Source: Selaginella moellendorffii (Eukaryota > Plantae > Lycopodiophyta). Taken from it: a stretch of DNA of 64,000 nucleotides. How positions within the stretch are numbered: position 1 is the first letter of the stretch; each line of letters starts with the position of its first letter. The notes below the pieces were generated by a model that was not told the origin of the DNA, searched no databases, and was given only the letters and a program-made list of their open reading frames with translations. The stretch covers positions 407,700-471,699 of the forward strand of contig NW_003314282.1 of the NCBI RefSeq assembly GCF_000143415.4. Direction: 5' to 3'. Positions 24,205-35,929 of this stretch are shown here, one piece after another. The position numbers were made by a program, and so were the translations under genes.

Positions 24205-25356
24205 TGTAAGCCACAAATTTTTCCTTTCCAATTTGCCAGCTTACCTCATCTATCCGTCCAACACCGCCTTGGCTTTTGCTAAGTTCCCTTGCCAAGGTTC
24301 TCACCTATGGTACCAACTCCTACTTGGTCTCAGCTACTCACTGCACGAGCAACGGAGTGTTAGCCATCAATCCACGGATTCCCAAATCACTCCCAATCCC
24401 CCTCCCCGGGTTAGACTGGACTTAAGGTTCGGCTACACTCCCCGCAAGTACAAGCAGCCAAGCACACCAAGCTTCCAGGTTCCTAACATCCTTTGGTACC
24501 ACAAGACTTGATCATGGGACCCTCTAAATCCCAAGTCTTGAGTGTAACACTTGCTTCGGGACGCTGGGGCGAAACACCGTGGCCTAGCGGCCCGGTATGG
24601 GTACCTCTCGCCCCCCACTTCCATCCCGAAGGAAGGCCCAAGCCCCTAGGAAGGGCGAGGACCAATGAGCTGCATGGTACTCAAGTGGGGCACCACTCCA
24701 CATGAGCCAGGAGCACCGCAATCGGTTTCCCTTTCGGGAGTGGGAGCTGCTCTTGAGCACTTCCTTGGATGGCCCCTCCGGCACCAGCCAAGTCCATGCT
24801 CACTCCCACCCAAGGCCCCTCGGTCCCAGTCTCAACCTCAAGTCAGTTTGGAAGCCCAACTGGAGAGTCCCTTCAAAACTGGTTCCTGAACCTCACTATC
24901 CCTACTATACTTTTGGAACCCCCTGCAGCCCCCCCCCCCCCCCTGGGAGACGCACGCTTTGGGCTTTCACCCCTTGACCCGTATTAGTATTTGGACTTAG
25001 TCTCTGGCTCGATCTCGGACCCGATTTCAGATCCGACTTCGGATTCGGGTTCGGACTTGATCACGGACTCGATCTCGGACCTGATCTCGGACCCGACCTC
25101 GGACTCGACCTCGGACTCGGTCTCGGACCCGATTTCGGATCTCGGACTCCGTCTCGAACTCGGTCTCGAACTCGGACTCGAACTCGGTCCCCGAGTCGGT
25201 CTCGGACTCGATTCCGGACTCTATCTCGAACTCGGTCCTAGAGTCGGTCTTGGACTCGATCTTCGACTTGGTCCCATCCGATGAACTCTTTGTCATTTTG
25301 GTCATGCTTTCGGGGTTCCTTTAGCCTACGACACCTCGGCGAGTTGGTTCCTTACA
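24205..25356 (-). repeat. Element B 5' LTR
   Basis: Direct repeat of 10184-11331. Confidence 0.95.
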
Positions 25357-25361
25357 GATAC

Positions 25362-26159
25362 TTCCTCCTCAATCGAGTGGTGTTCCAGCATTCTTGTCTA
25401 GAGCGGATTCTTTCGGATAATGGTCCTGCATTTATGGCTGAGGTATTTCATGTTTTGACATCTCGGTTGGGGATACGCCACACTTTTACGAGTGCTTATC
25501 ATCCACAATCAGACGGTCTGGTGGAACGGCTCGTTCGGACATTCAAAGGGATGATTTCGAAGTATGTGAACTTTCAGCATTCGGATTGGGATGGTTATTT
25601 GCCGTCTCTTCGGTATGCCTATGTCACAGGGGTACAGAGTTCTATTGGTGCTTCACCATATAAACTTCTATATGGTTATGATCTAATATTACCAACAGAG
25701 TTGGGTTTACCTTCGCGATTGCCACGAGCTCCTGATGCTAGGTCATGGGATTAGTATTTGACAAGCATTCTTCCACTTGTCCGAGCAAAGTCTGCCGAAC
25801 ACTTAGGCCGCGTACAAGTGGGACAACAACGGTGCTACAACTCCCATCATCGTCCACCTGCGGAGTACAAAGTGGATGATTTGGTGTTAGTCTGTTTTCC
25901 CCATCTTACGGTACGTGGTTTATCTAAGGGGCTCCTTGCGCAGTGGAAAGGACCGTATTGGGTGTTGCAGCAAGTTGGACCGCAAGTTTATGAGGTTCGG
26001 CATGACGTTCAGCAGGCCAATCCTCCAGAGATTGTGAATGTGCAGCGGTTAAAACGCTTCATACAAAGGGATCAGGAGCAGTTAATACCGTCTACAGATC
26101 CGCCGATGCCTCCTCCTGACGTTCCTCCAGATCCCGACCCATGTACAAGAGAACCCTGA
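25362..26159 (+). pseudogene. pol: Element A pol, 3' part (integrase core and GPY region)
   Basis: ILSDNGPAF, YHPQSDGLVERL and WKGPY; TAG at 25752; resumes after B's TSD. Confidence 0.9.
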
Positions 26160-26191
26160 CGGCCTTCCATTATTCCGAGAGGAGGGGATGA

Positions 26192-26365
26192 TGTGAGGGC
26201 CAAGTGTACGGCTACAATGCCGTATACTAATATTAGCATAGTGGATTTTGGTAGCCGTCGGATTGGTTTCAATCCGGACCACTCGCTCCTGTATATAAGC
26301 TAGGGTTTTTGGGCTAATTGATATGCACATTTCTGTATTCCTGTTCCATATTCCATGCACTCACA
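26192..26365 (+). repeat. Element A 3' LTR
   Basis: TG...CA, preceded by PPT GAGAGGAGGGGATGA. Confidence 0.95.
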
Positions 26366-26709
26366 GTGCTTATTATTTATTAATCATATCGATCAATTAG
26401 GAGATTATAATTATAAAAATGTTTATAATTTATAAACAAGAGATTAATTATTACATAGAATAATTAGAATATACTAGAAAGTGTTTATAGATTATAAACA
26501 TGTTTATAATTTATAAATACACCATTAATCTAAATGAAAAACAACCATTAGATGGTAGAATATCCCAAAATATCAAGTATATTCTAGGTATATTCATTAC
26601 CCTAATTTGTTTTAAAAATTAATAAAAATAAAATATTTATAATATTATAAATTTTTAAATAATATTTAAAATTATTTTGCATATGTAAAGTTTGTAAATA
26701 CATGTATTA

Positions 26710-28324
26710 CCCTGGCTAGGTAATACACTAATTATAGTACTAAAATATATGGACCATCCATTTGAGACTGAATTTAGTCCATCCATTTTTGTATATAAAT
26801 AGGGGTTTAAACCCAATTAATATATCACATTGGTGGGCATTGCAATTTATCCCTAAAATACAAAACTTTTTGGTAGTGCTTTGGTCTATTGTTCAGGATT
26901 ATGCTTTTTGTTTTTATTTCTTCATTTTTTTAAATTTAAATTTATATTAGCTCTTTGGAAGATCTAGAACTCTAACTATCACTATGTTTAAATTTATACT
27001 TTTTTTTTCTCATTTTCATTGCATTCTCTTTTTCTATTATGCTATGTCATCATTGATTAAAGAGTACCTCACTTAAGGTTACTAATGCTACTCTATTAGA
27101 TAAATTTTTTGGTGTTGTGAAGTGTGATTATATTGATGTTGCACCCATCATTGATGTGTTGCCATTTCCAACTTCCATGGGATGTGATTACACAATTTGT
27201 TTTATTCTCAATGTTTTGTTATTTACCATTGCTATGGAGTATGATTGTGATATTGATTGGCAAGCTATGGATAATGCTTTAGTTCTTAATTCCTAGTTTG
27301 AGTTTATGGAAAGACGATAGGAGATTTTGTGGGGTAGATGTCAATTTTTCAATCTAACATTTAATCCTTTTTTTTTTACATTTTGCTCTTTCCTAACTTT
27401 TTTTTATTTCTTGACTTAAGCCAACTTCTTTATCTACAGAATATCCTTTTTATAGCATATCAATCATTTGTGATTTTTATAATTCTTATTCTTAATCAAT
27501 TCTTGAATTGAGTAGTTTCTATCTTCTTTATACTAATTTAAATGTTAAATATGTGTGGGAAGTTAAGAATCTTGTTTTTGTTTCTTTAGCAAAGTTTTTG
27601 ATCAATTTTGGTGTTGAATATTCCTTTCTTCCAAGGTTAAGTCACTTTAGTTAGAGTTTCAAGTTGAGTGCATGTTTCTAATTGTAACTGTTAGTGAGAG
27701 TTTTTGTTTTATTGTTATTGTTAAGGAGTTTATGTATTTCCTTGAGAGTGTGAACATTTCTATTGATTTTTTCATATCGGGTGTTGAGTTATATGTTGAG
27801 GACCTTGAACAATATGAATTTTTTGCTTCTTTCGTATTGGTTAAAATATTTTATGATAAAAAGTCCTATGCTTTCCAAGCTTTGAGTATATATCCTTTTT
27901 TTGTTTTCCTATTTTGCATTGACAGGTACTAAATATTTCTCTTCTAATGTTTCTTTATCCATTTTTTCTTCTTCCACACTATTTCTTCCTCAATTTTTGT
28001 CACTTTCTCCTTTTTATTCCAATGCTTTAAACTTTTTTTCTTCAGAGGAAGGGGTAGAGGGGATTGACCGGAGTTTAGCCCTGATAATAAAGTGAGGATA
28101 AATAGATATAATAGTGGAGTAAGGACGAATAACATAAATTATGGAGTGAGGACAAACATAGTGAGTCTAAATGGAATATTTAACCCTGCAGATTTAGAGA
28201 CGGGATATATTATTTGTTACAATAGTGGGGTTTAAACCCTTGCTTATATACAAAAATGGATGGACCAGATTCAATCCTAAATGGATGGTTTAAGTACTAT
28301 AATTAACATATTATCTAGTTAAGC
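26710..28324. mobile_element. Decayed non-autonomous TIR DNA transposon (~1.6 kb)
   Basis: ~110-bp imperfect terminal inverted repeats (ccatccattt...tccatccatttttgtatataa...ggtttaaaccc), flanked by TA; absent from the paralogous region at 1.3-1.4 kb. Confidence 0.6.
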
Positions 28325-28655
28325 TAATTGAATATCTGAAGCTTTTGCTGAGCAATTATAAATTATCACAAAAATCTAAGGCTCCCATAAAACCACTTAT
28401 AAATTTGTTAATAACCATGATTAAAATAAAACCCAAAGCCATGGCATAAGCATTAGTCGATTATAGAATTTTGATGAATCAATTGTAACTCCATATGCAA
28501 CTTTTAAATGTTTAAACCAACCACAAAACCATAACTTTGAACTGAAGCAAGAACCCACTATAATCAATTATTCCCAGAACATTCACACATATATAAATTA
28601 TCTAATATTTTAGGATATGTACTAAATAAATTACTAATAAAAACCATGTTTTAGG

Positions 28656-28980
28656 TTGTCATGCAATTTTGGTTATCCATGCAAGGGTGACTAGGGAATC
28701 TTACCTACATAATAGTTCTCTCTCTTTAATATTATGAATCCCTAAATTGCCAAAACCTCTAGGAAAAGTATAAAAAAATTGCAATTAGAGAGGGTGGTGG
28801 TGGTAAGTTAAATCTTTTGCACTTCAAGCTCCTACCACCTTTCTAATTGCATTTTTTGTAAGCTTCTACTTTCCTAGAGGTTCTAGCAATTTAAGGATTC
28901 ATAATATTGAAGAGAGAGAACAATTATGTAAACAAGATTCCCTAGTCACCCTTGCATAGACAACCAAAATCACATGACAA
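28656..28980. mobile_element. Foldback/MITE-like element
   Basis: ~145-bp inverted arms (ttgtcatg...aagggtgactagggaatct / agattccctagtcaccctt...catgacaa) around a ~25-30-bp loop. Confidence 0.7.
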
Positions 28981-29985
28981 GTTTTTTCTTTTCCTGTTTC
29001 TCGGGAAAGTGTAAAAGTCAATGTCTTCTTAGGAGCATTGAAAAATAAGGTTGATGAGATACACCTGATATATAGGTAGAAACTATAAGGAGAAGATGAT
29101 AACAAATTGGGGTGGAAATATATGCAAATGCATTTTATATTTAATTTAGAAGATATAACGGCAAGGACACCAAGAGAAGGTTTGGTGAAGAGGACAGCAA
29201 CAGGTCGGAAGAGAAAATCTCTGATAACCTCCAGCACCTCCTAAGCAAGTCAACATGGCTCTGAGCTTTTACTTTTTCGATGCTCAACAGCAGAAGCAAG
29301 CCTCTCAGGTGGTGGAGAGAAGACGAAGAACCTCCCAAAGTCAGCCTTCTTCGGACCTGTCTTCTCGAGAGCGCATGGAACCTGTGACGTTAACTTGTTC
29401 CACGAAGAAGTCCCTTGTCACGCTTAGAACCACGAGGAGTTGCAATAGCTCTCGAGAAGAGGAAGTAAAACCAAGAGTTACTCGTGGAAGATCTTGAGTG
29501 GAACGTTTATTCGATCGTGATTCCAGTCTAGTGGCAGTAGCAGAAATGGAAACAGGAAACATTTAGGAGCAGGCAAACCATTCGAGGGGTCAGCCACGTC
29601 GACTAACTGTTGGGGATTACAGGACGAGCCGCCTGGCCAAGCTGATCGACGCTGCATGTCTGTGCTACTCAGACATGCTGACATGCACGGCTCGATGAAA
29701 TTGTCCACGCACATCTGGAGCTCTATGAGTCGGAAATCTGCGTTATCATACATCATTCAGAAAGCCGTTAGCGCGAGTTGTTTTTTCCAGATTGGAGAAA
29801 GAGAACTTGGAAAATACCAGGGAAGATTTCAAAGGTAAGACAGGGAGATGCGGTTATTCAATTTTGTCATTTTAGGACTATGTCTACCTTTCTAAGAGTG
29901 GGAAAGCTTACGAAACTAACCATAAATTTATTGGTTCAGCCTCTCATAAAAGACAATTTTCTAGCCTCTCATCTAGACAATTCGC

Positions 29986-30804
29986 TCAGATATGACAACT
30001 CTGAGGTTTTATGAAGCTCTTCAGATTTTTTGGTAAAGTATTCCCTGTAGCCTTGGCAAACTCCCTCAAAGCTTCAATGGTCTTCTCTTGGCGCACAGCA
30101 AGCCGCTCATCCATATCCATTTCTACCAACCTATCGGAGCGACCAAATAGCATTTCTAGTGGAGACTGCAACATGTAGAAATGAATCAGCGTCCCCTGGA
30201 CAATTGCAGCGATCGATCCCACAAGTAAAAGGGCTTGTCTATGCCATCCCAGCAGTGGAGCAACGGTGCCCAAAACACAGGCAGCCATGTAACTCGTAAT
30301 CTTCGTCAGGTACACCACTATGAACTTGAACACTCCGGGCCCGTCATACCATTTGTCAGGAAGTTGTATTACCGGAGTAAGAAGTCCACAGCATGATATC
30401 GCCAGCAGCAGAAGCATCACCCATTGATTTGTGCTCATTATGGAACACACACCACTGAGAAAACCGCTGGTGCCTCCAACAAGAAAACCATATGCATTAC
30501 TTTTCTTTCGACCCAAAAGGCCATAGAAAAATACTGCATGGACGCACTTGTCAGTCTCGAGAGAGAAAACAGTGAAACACTTACATGATAAGAAGACGGG
30601 AACCAAAGCAGAAGCTCCGCTTCCTTCAGGGAACTCAGGGGGCCAAAATATGGCACCCATATAGAACGCATATATAGTGAAGCAATGACTAACAAGATTT
30701 ATCAAGAACTGGCGCCGTATAATCCAGTGCCCACTGAGGTTCCAACTCTCGTAGATATCAGCAAGATCATACTCACCATTTGGGCTCAACAAACCCTGCT
30801 CCAT
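29986..30804 (-). CDS. Multi-pass membrane protein of unknown family, copy 2
   Basis: Intact ORF, close paralog of 2656-3471; the MEQG start is shared by all copies. Confidence 0.75.
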   Translation of the reverse strand: MEQGLLSPNGEYDLADIYESWNLSGHWIIRRQFLINLVSHCFTIYAFYMGAIFWPPEFPEGSGASALVPVFLSCKCFTVFSLETDKCVHAVFFYGLLGRKKSNAYGFLVGGTSGFLSGVCSIMSTNQWVMLLLLAISCCGLLTPVIQLPDKWYDGPGVFKFIVVYLTKITSYMAACVLGTVAPLLGWHRQALLLVGSIAAIVQGTLIHFYMLQSPLEMLFGRSDRLVEMDMDERLAVRQEKTIEALREFAKATGNTLPKNLKSFIKPQSCHI

Positions 30805-32769
30805 AGGGTAACTTAGATTGTCCTTTCCCCAAATATATCCTTGACTGTATCTCATCCGACGGCTATTAGAAAAGGTCATAGCTGATGTGTGAGACCACCC
30901 ATATCAGCGCTAAACTGCAACGGGCAATTCGTGTCGGGCAAATGCAATCGAAATGTCAATCAATCTCCTGGAAATTTAGAGATTCATCCACAATGCCTGG
31001 AGGTGATCCCGCCTCGATTAAAGCACTGAATGGCTATGCTTTCTTTCTCTAGATTGCAAAGTGTTTTCTTATATCCTCTTCCAGGGGTTCCTTGTTGCTC
31101 GCTCCATCCTCTGGTGTTCAAGGATCCTGCTTAAAATTCATGGTTGAGGCGCATAAAAGACGCTGGAATGAATCGATAAGTAAGGCGGCGAAGCATAGCT
31201 CTGCTGCTCTAGAATCCATGATCAAGAAGATCCTCGGAGCATGAAACCTGTCTTCTTTCGTAGCAGCACGGTCATGTGGAACTCGACATCGTGACGCAAA
31301 CATTGTTCTTGTGGACCAGGGAATGTCGTCACTTCTTTGTTTGATAATTCAAACAATACACTGGAGCCATGTTTGAAGCAAATTCATCTCCAAAAACTCC
31401 ATCTTTTCTGCGTATGCCCACAATGGGCATCTGGACTAGACTATGGTTTTTCTTGACGACAGCGGGATCAAGTGTCCTAAAAGGAATAACGCGTAAGAAA
31501 GGTTTGCAGATGAAGAAAATCATTTTGATTTACAACATGACATAGCAGGCAGCCTGCTAGAACGTAATTTTTACAGTGTATGCCCAATAAAGGCATTTTG
31601 AAAATGTGGATGCCAGATAAGAAATTCGTGTCTTGAGAGATGGTATACTTGTAGCCCGATAAAGTGTTCTGTTCCATGACTGCGGAAGCCATGAAATTTC
31701 TGAAAATATTTCCAATCCTAGCCATTGTAGCAAACTCAATCGCTAGAAATATGGGACTGCCTTGTGTACTTGACCTGTGGGAGCATGGTGGACGCTTGCA
31801 GGAGATTCAAAAGCCCAGATATGATGCTCTAAGACACACAAACAATAAGGATGTGATGCTCTAGAAGTTTGGATGATGAAATTAATTTTATTACATTTAT
31901 GGGATTAAAATTACAATAAGATAAAAATGTTATACACCATTTTATGACATATTTATCGACTTATATAAGGGTAAAGAGCAAATAAGAGCTTTATAATATA
32001 GTTAATACGTAGTGCAATTGATATATTATTATTTATTCCATGATATATTTATAAATTGTAATGAAAGTTAATCATTATACTTTAATTATATTGTAAAATA
32101 AATAAATAAAACAATCAAGCTAAAAATATTTTTGACCATGTTTAAATTTATAGAGGAGCACATATACCTAGAATATGCTTGGATATTTTAGAATATTCTA
32201 CTATCTAACTCTATATTCATTTAGATTAATATTATATTTATAATTTATAATATTCTACTATCTAATGGTTTCTAGAGTTTTATATGAAATATTAGAGTTA
32301 GACTATGCACATGTTGGATTGCCCATCCAAGGATTGTTGGATTGCCTGGAGTGCCAAAAAATTGCAACAAAGGAGCAAGAAAAAGAATACAAAGTCACTG
32401 CATATGATCATTAAAACAATATATGGCTTATCTTAATGTGTGATGAATACTCATCTGGATTCATTAATATCAACTTCTCTTCTAATTACAAATTGATCAA
32501 TTACTATTAAGTATCACTAAATTTTTATTACTGCTTGCACTAAATTATTTCCAAATCTAGGGAATCAACAATGAATCTTGCTCATGGCTCAATAGTGCTG
32601 TAGTCAAAGTACTAGCTAGCTCCAGTCTAATGTATCTTTACTCTCTCGCCTAAAACATTATTTTGTGCTATTATTCTTATTAATTCATCTGAATTTCACA
32701 TGAGTAAATGCTTAGCATAATGCCTCAACCGAAGACTGCATAAAGAGCAATGTACAAGTTTCAGTCACA

Positions 32770-33030
32770 ATCATTTCCAACTCTTTACAAATAGACTCTA
32801 GCACTAATTTCTTCTACACTAACGTCTTTGAGACCGATGGGCTCTATAGTGCTATGAAGTGAATGAGATAGAGTGGCCATCTTGAGGTGATCCTGTGGAT
32901 GTGGAGGTGTTACTTAAATATTCTGCTACTTATACCAAGAATGTGGAGGTGTTGCCTAAATATTCTATTACTTATGCAAGGAATTTTGTGAGGCACATCC
33001 TTTAACAACACTGGAACTCCTCACAAATCT
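32770..33030 (+). pseudogene. Decayed GH17 glucanase fragment
   Basis: tttgtgaggcacatcc..aacaacactggaactcctc and gtggccatc..gaggtgatcctg match 40780-41010; inverted copy at ~60490-60620. Confidence 0.7.
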
Positions 33031-35359
33031 AGTTTGAAGACATGTAGGAATGTCAAAGATCTTGATGCATTTCCCACATGTTGGTCAATATGAAATATGT
33101 CTGCACTCAAAGTGTAAAGTAAAGTTCCAAGTCTATAAGCAACTGCAAGAACTAGGACTTCAAGGTTGCCAGGTAACGATACTAGTCTCATATCTTGCTA
33201 GCCAATGCAAAATTCATGCTACACAAGGAAAAGCATTTGCAAAAACTCTTACTAAGGATTGATTTGAGATGAACTGTCTAGAGTGAAACAATTTGCTCTA
33301 TCTTTCCTATGGTAAACAAACATTTTTGGAGTTAAAGCATAATAGGAGAGAAATTCCTAGAGCTATTAGCATGACTCAACAAAGCTTCAATGGCTCTCAT
33401 TTCTATTGACCCCATCTGGATCATATTAATTCTTCTTCCCCTTTAACTTTTCTTTTGCTTTCCTCTTTACTTAGCAAGATTATTTTGGCCAATAAATTGG
33501 ATATGATTTTGATTCCACCACTTTTTGACAAACTCTCTATCTCCTTTTAAGATAGGTTTGATCCTCTAAATTTGTGCTCCAATCAACAAATATCAATTCA
33601 TAGTATTTTTTCAAATAGAATTTAGAAAATTGAATTACAATTCCAATACAAAAGGTTTTGCTAAAACTACTCAAGTATTTAGAGTTTGAACAACCAAGAT
33701 CAAAAGGCTTAGAGCTCAAACACTTGAGGTTAGGTAAGGCATCCCAATCTAGAACCCCAAATCATGCACTTAAGCACCTCCAATCCCTTGTTTCATTATA
33801 GTGTATGTGATTATAAAATGAGATTTAAATATATTATCACTGTGGACCTTGGGGGATAAATGGGGATAAAATAGCTATTAAAGGTTTTTCATCAAATAAT
33901 TACTCTTTTTTTAGTTAGATTAAAAGGAGAAAAATAAAGTGTATAATCCTCTTAGATAAGTATTCAAATAATTAGAATATACTTGTGGCTAGAACAAATA
34001 TGATAAGTCAGTCACCTTGGAACTTATGGAATATGGAAGATAACTTAAACATCCAAGAAGTTGGCAAGAGGGCTAGGAAAAAATGTTAAACTCATAGCCA
34101 AAGTCAATTATCTAAAAATGTCCAAACTTCTAAAGAAGCATGAAAAGTAATCATGAATGGGAAAGTCAAATAGCTTCATTAGTACTAATTCAATCAAAGC
34201 TATAACCAAAGATAAAAAAATAGAGTTAAGAATGAATAAATTCTTATGGAAAAATTTGTTTCTATGACAATAAATTGGTAAAAGTAGAGGATAAGGTATC
34301 TAATGGCTACAGTATGTGGTTAGGACTATTGATAACTTAAAGAAGAGTAACCAAAAATGATAAAGATAAAAACTAGTTTAATTAATGAATTTGCCTCTAA
34401 GTTTTTATGCTCTCATGCAAGTTTCTCCTTGCCATAAATCATCAAAGGCATTTGATATAGAGCTAGAGATGTGAGAGCATGCACAATTTTGCCTGCCTTA
34501 GAAAATTTAGAAAATATTTGTGACAGTGAGGAGTTAATTTACAAAGCAATTAACATTAGCAGCATGTATACAAGAAGGAGGTGGTCCATCTTTGCAGAGT
34601 TGCTTCCTCAAACTTAATGATATCCATGTCTTTCTATTAATTTTGCAAATTGAAGTTAACAAAGAAAACTCCAAAATACTGCACCAAATATTTAACAGTA
34701 TCTATGTAAAACTCTTTGCATTACTCAACAAACCTTTATAATGTCTAGGTAAAATGTCATCACTTACAATAAACTTAAGAAGTTTAATTATTTTTACACG
34801 TCTACAAACTCAAACAAGTTGGAAAATGGACAGTCTAGAACCATCCTAGCATGGATGAATCTACACAACATCCTATTAAATTAGTCTAACTTATGAGTAA
34901 ACCATGCTTGCAAACCTCAGCTCCTATTGAACGTCCCAACAAACTAATGAAGCTCCAAGCCAAAGAAATTAAGCATAAAGAATGTTCAATGGGAGCAAAA
35001 TTATCAAAACTAAGCTCCACACCCACTACCAAAGCACAACAAGATATTTTCTAATAGAGGACAAGGTTTGTGTTGCATTGTAATACATGGCCATGATTGT
35101 TGGTAATCTACTCATAAAGAAGAGATAAGAACAATGCCTTTTAGAACATAGCTAAAAAATGATAAAGACAAAAACAAATGAACTTGCCTTATATTGGTAA
35201 CAGATGAATTCTAGCAAGTGGATAAGAGGCTCTTAGTTGGGTTTTTCAGAAGGTTCATCCAAACTAGGAGGTCTAATAAATACTTAATTGATCAGCATGA
35301 TGAAGTGTTATATATAGAGTCAAATTTTTTAAGAAAACCAAAGATTGAAGAATTAGCAA

Positions 35360-35770
35360 CTCCTAAGAGTTAATCTTTGGAATAAATGTGAAACTTACTA
35401 AATATAGAATAGTGTTAGATTGCAAATTAGGGTGCAAAAATAACATTATAGAGTTCAGAACACTTTCTATATTCCATAGATATGCCTCTTGAGTGGATCT
35501 AAACACTTACCATAAATAGCATATGAAACTAAAATGGGACTAACACATATAGCAAAGTGTTTGGCAAATAAAGTAAGTTACAATATTGAGGGACTAGACT
35601 CAATATCATGGGGGTAAGCTAATGATATGAGTTTCTCAAACCAGATTGAGTATACTCAGCAAGAAACACATAAAGGTTTCTACTTTATGTTTATCCGATT
35701 TAAGTACATATGCATTGACTAGTTTCTCAACTAGCTCAAGTGAAAACTATAAAAAGAACTAACTGTACCA
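35360..35770. repeat. Repeat homologous in inverted orientation to 52600-53045, probable LTR segment of another family
   Basis: Shared blocks such as tatgtttatccgatttaagtaca and atattgagggacta. Confidence 0.6.
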
Positions 35771-35929
35771 ACCTCCTATTGTTATGATAGTAAGGAGAGA
35801 GTGTTTGTAACGGTTAGTTGACAAGTATCTTTTGATACTTAAAGTCATATTTGCAAAAACATGGTTCTTAGACATTACTAAAAGGTGATAATGTTACAGC
35901 TACTTTATTGTTAAAGTGAAAGAATTTAA

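Larger units (their letters stand above)
10184..25356 (-). mobile_element. Element B: chromovirus Ty3/gypsy LTR retrotransposon (Galadriel-like by motif), inserted in A integrase
   Basis: ~1.15-kb LTRs TG...CA; 5-bp TSD GATAC (10179-10183 / 25357-25361); iMet-like PBS; C-terminal chromodomain; RT motif GYYQIR...[10 protein letters not shown]. Confidence 0.95.
6177..26365 (+). mobile_element. Element A: Ty3/gypsy LTR retrotransposon, no chromodomain seen, interrupted by element B
   Basis: 174-bp LTR pair; 4-bp TSD GTGC (6173-6176 / 26366-26369), with the empty paralogous site at ~1091 carrying one GTGC; gag-PR-RT-RH-INT order; PBS and PPT present. Confidence 0.95.
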
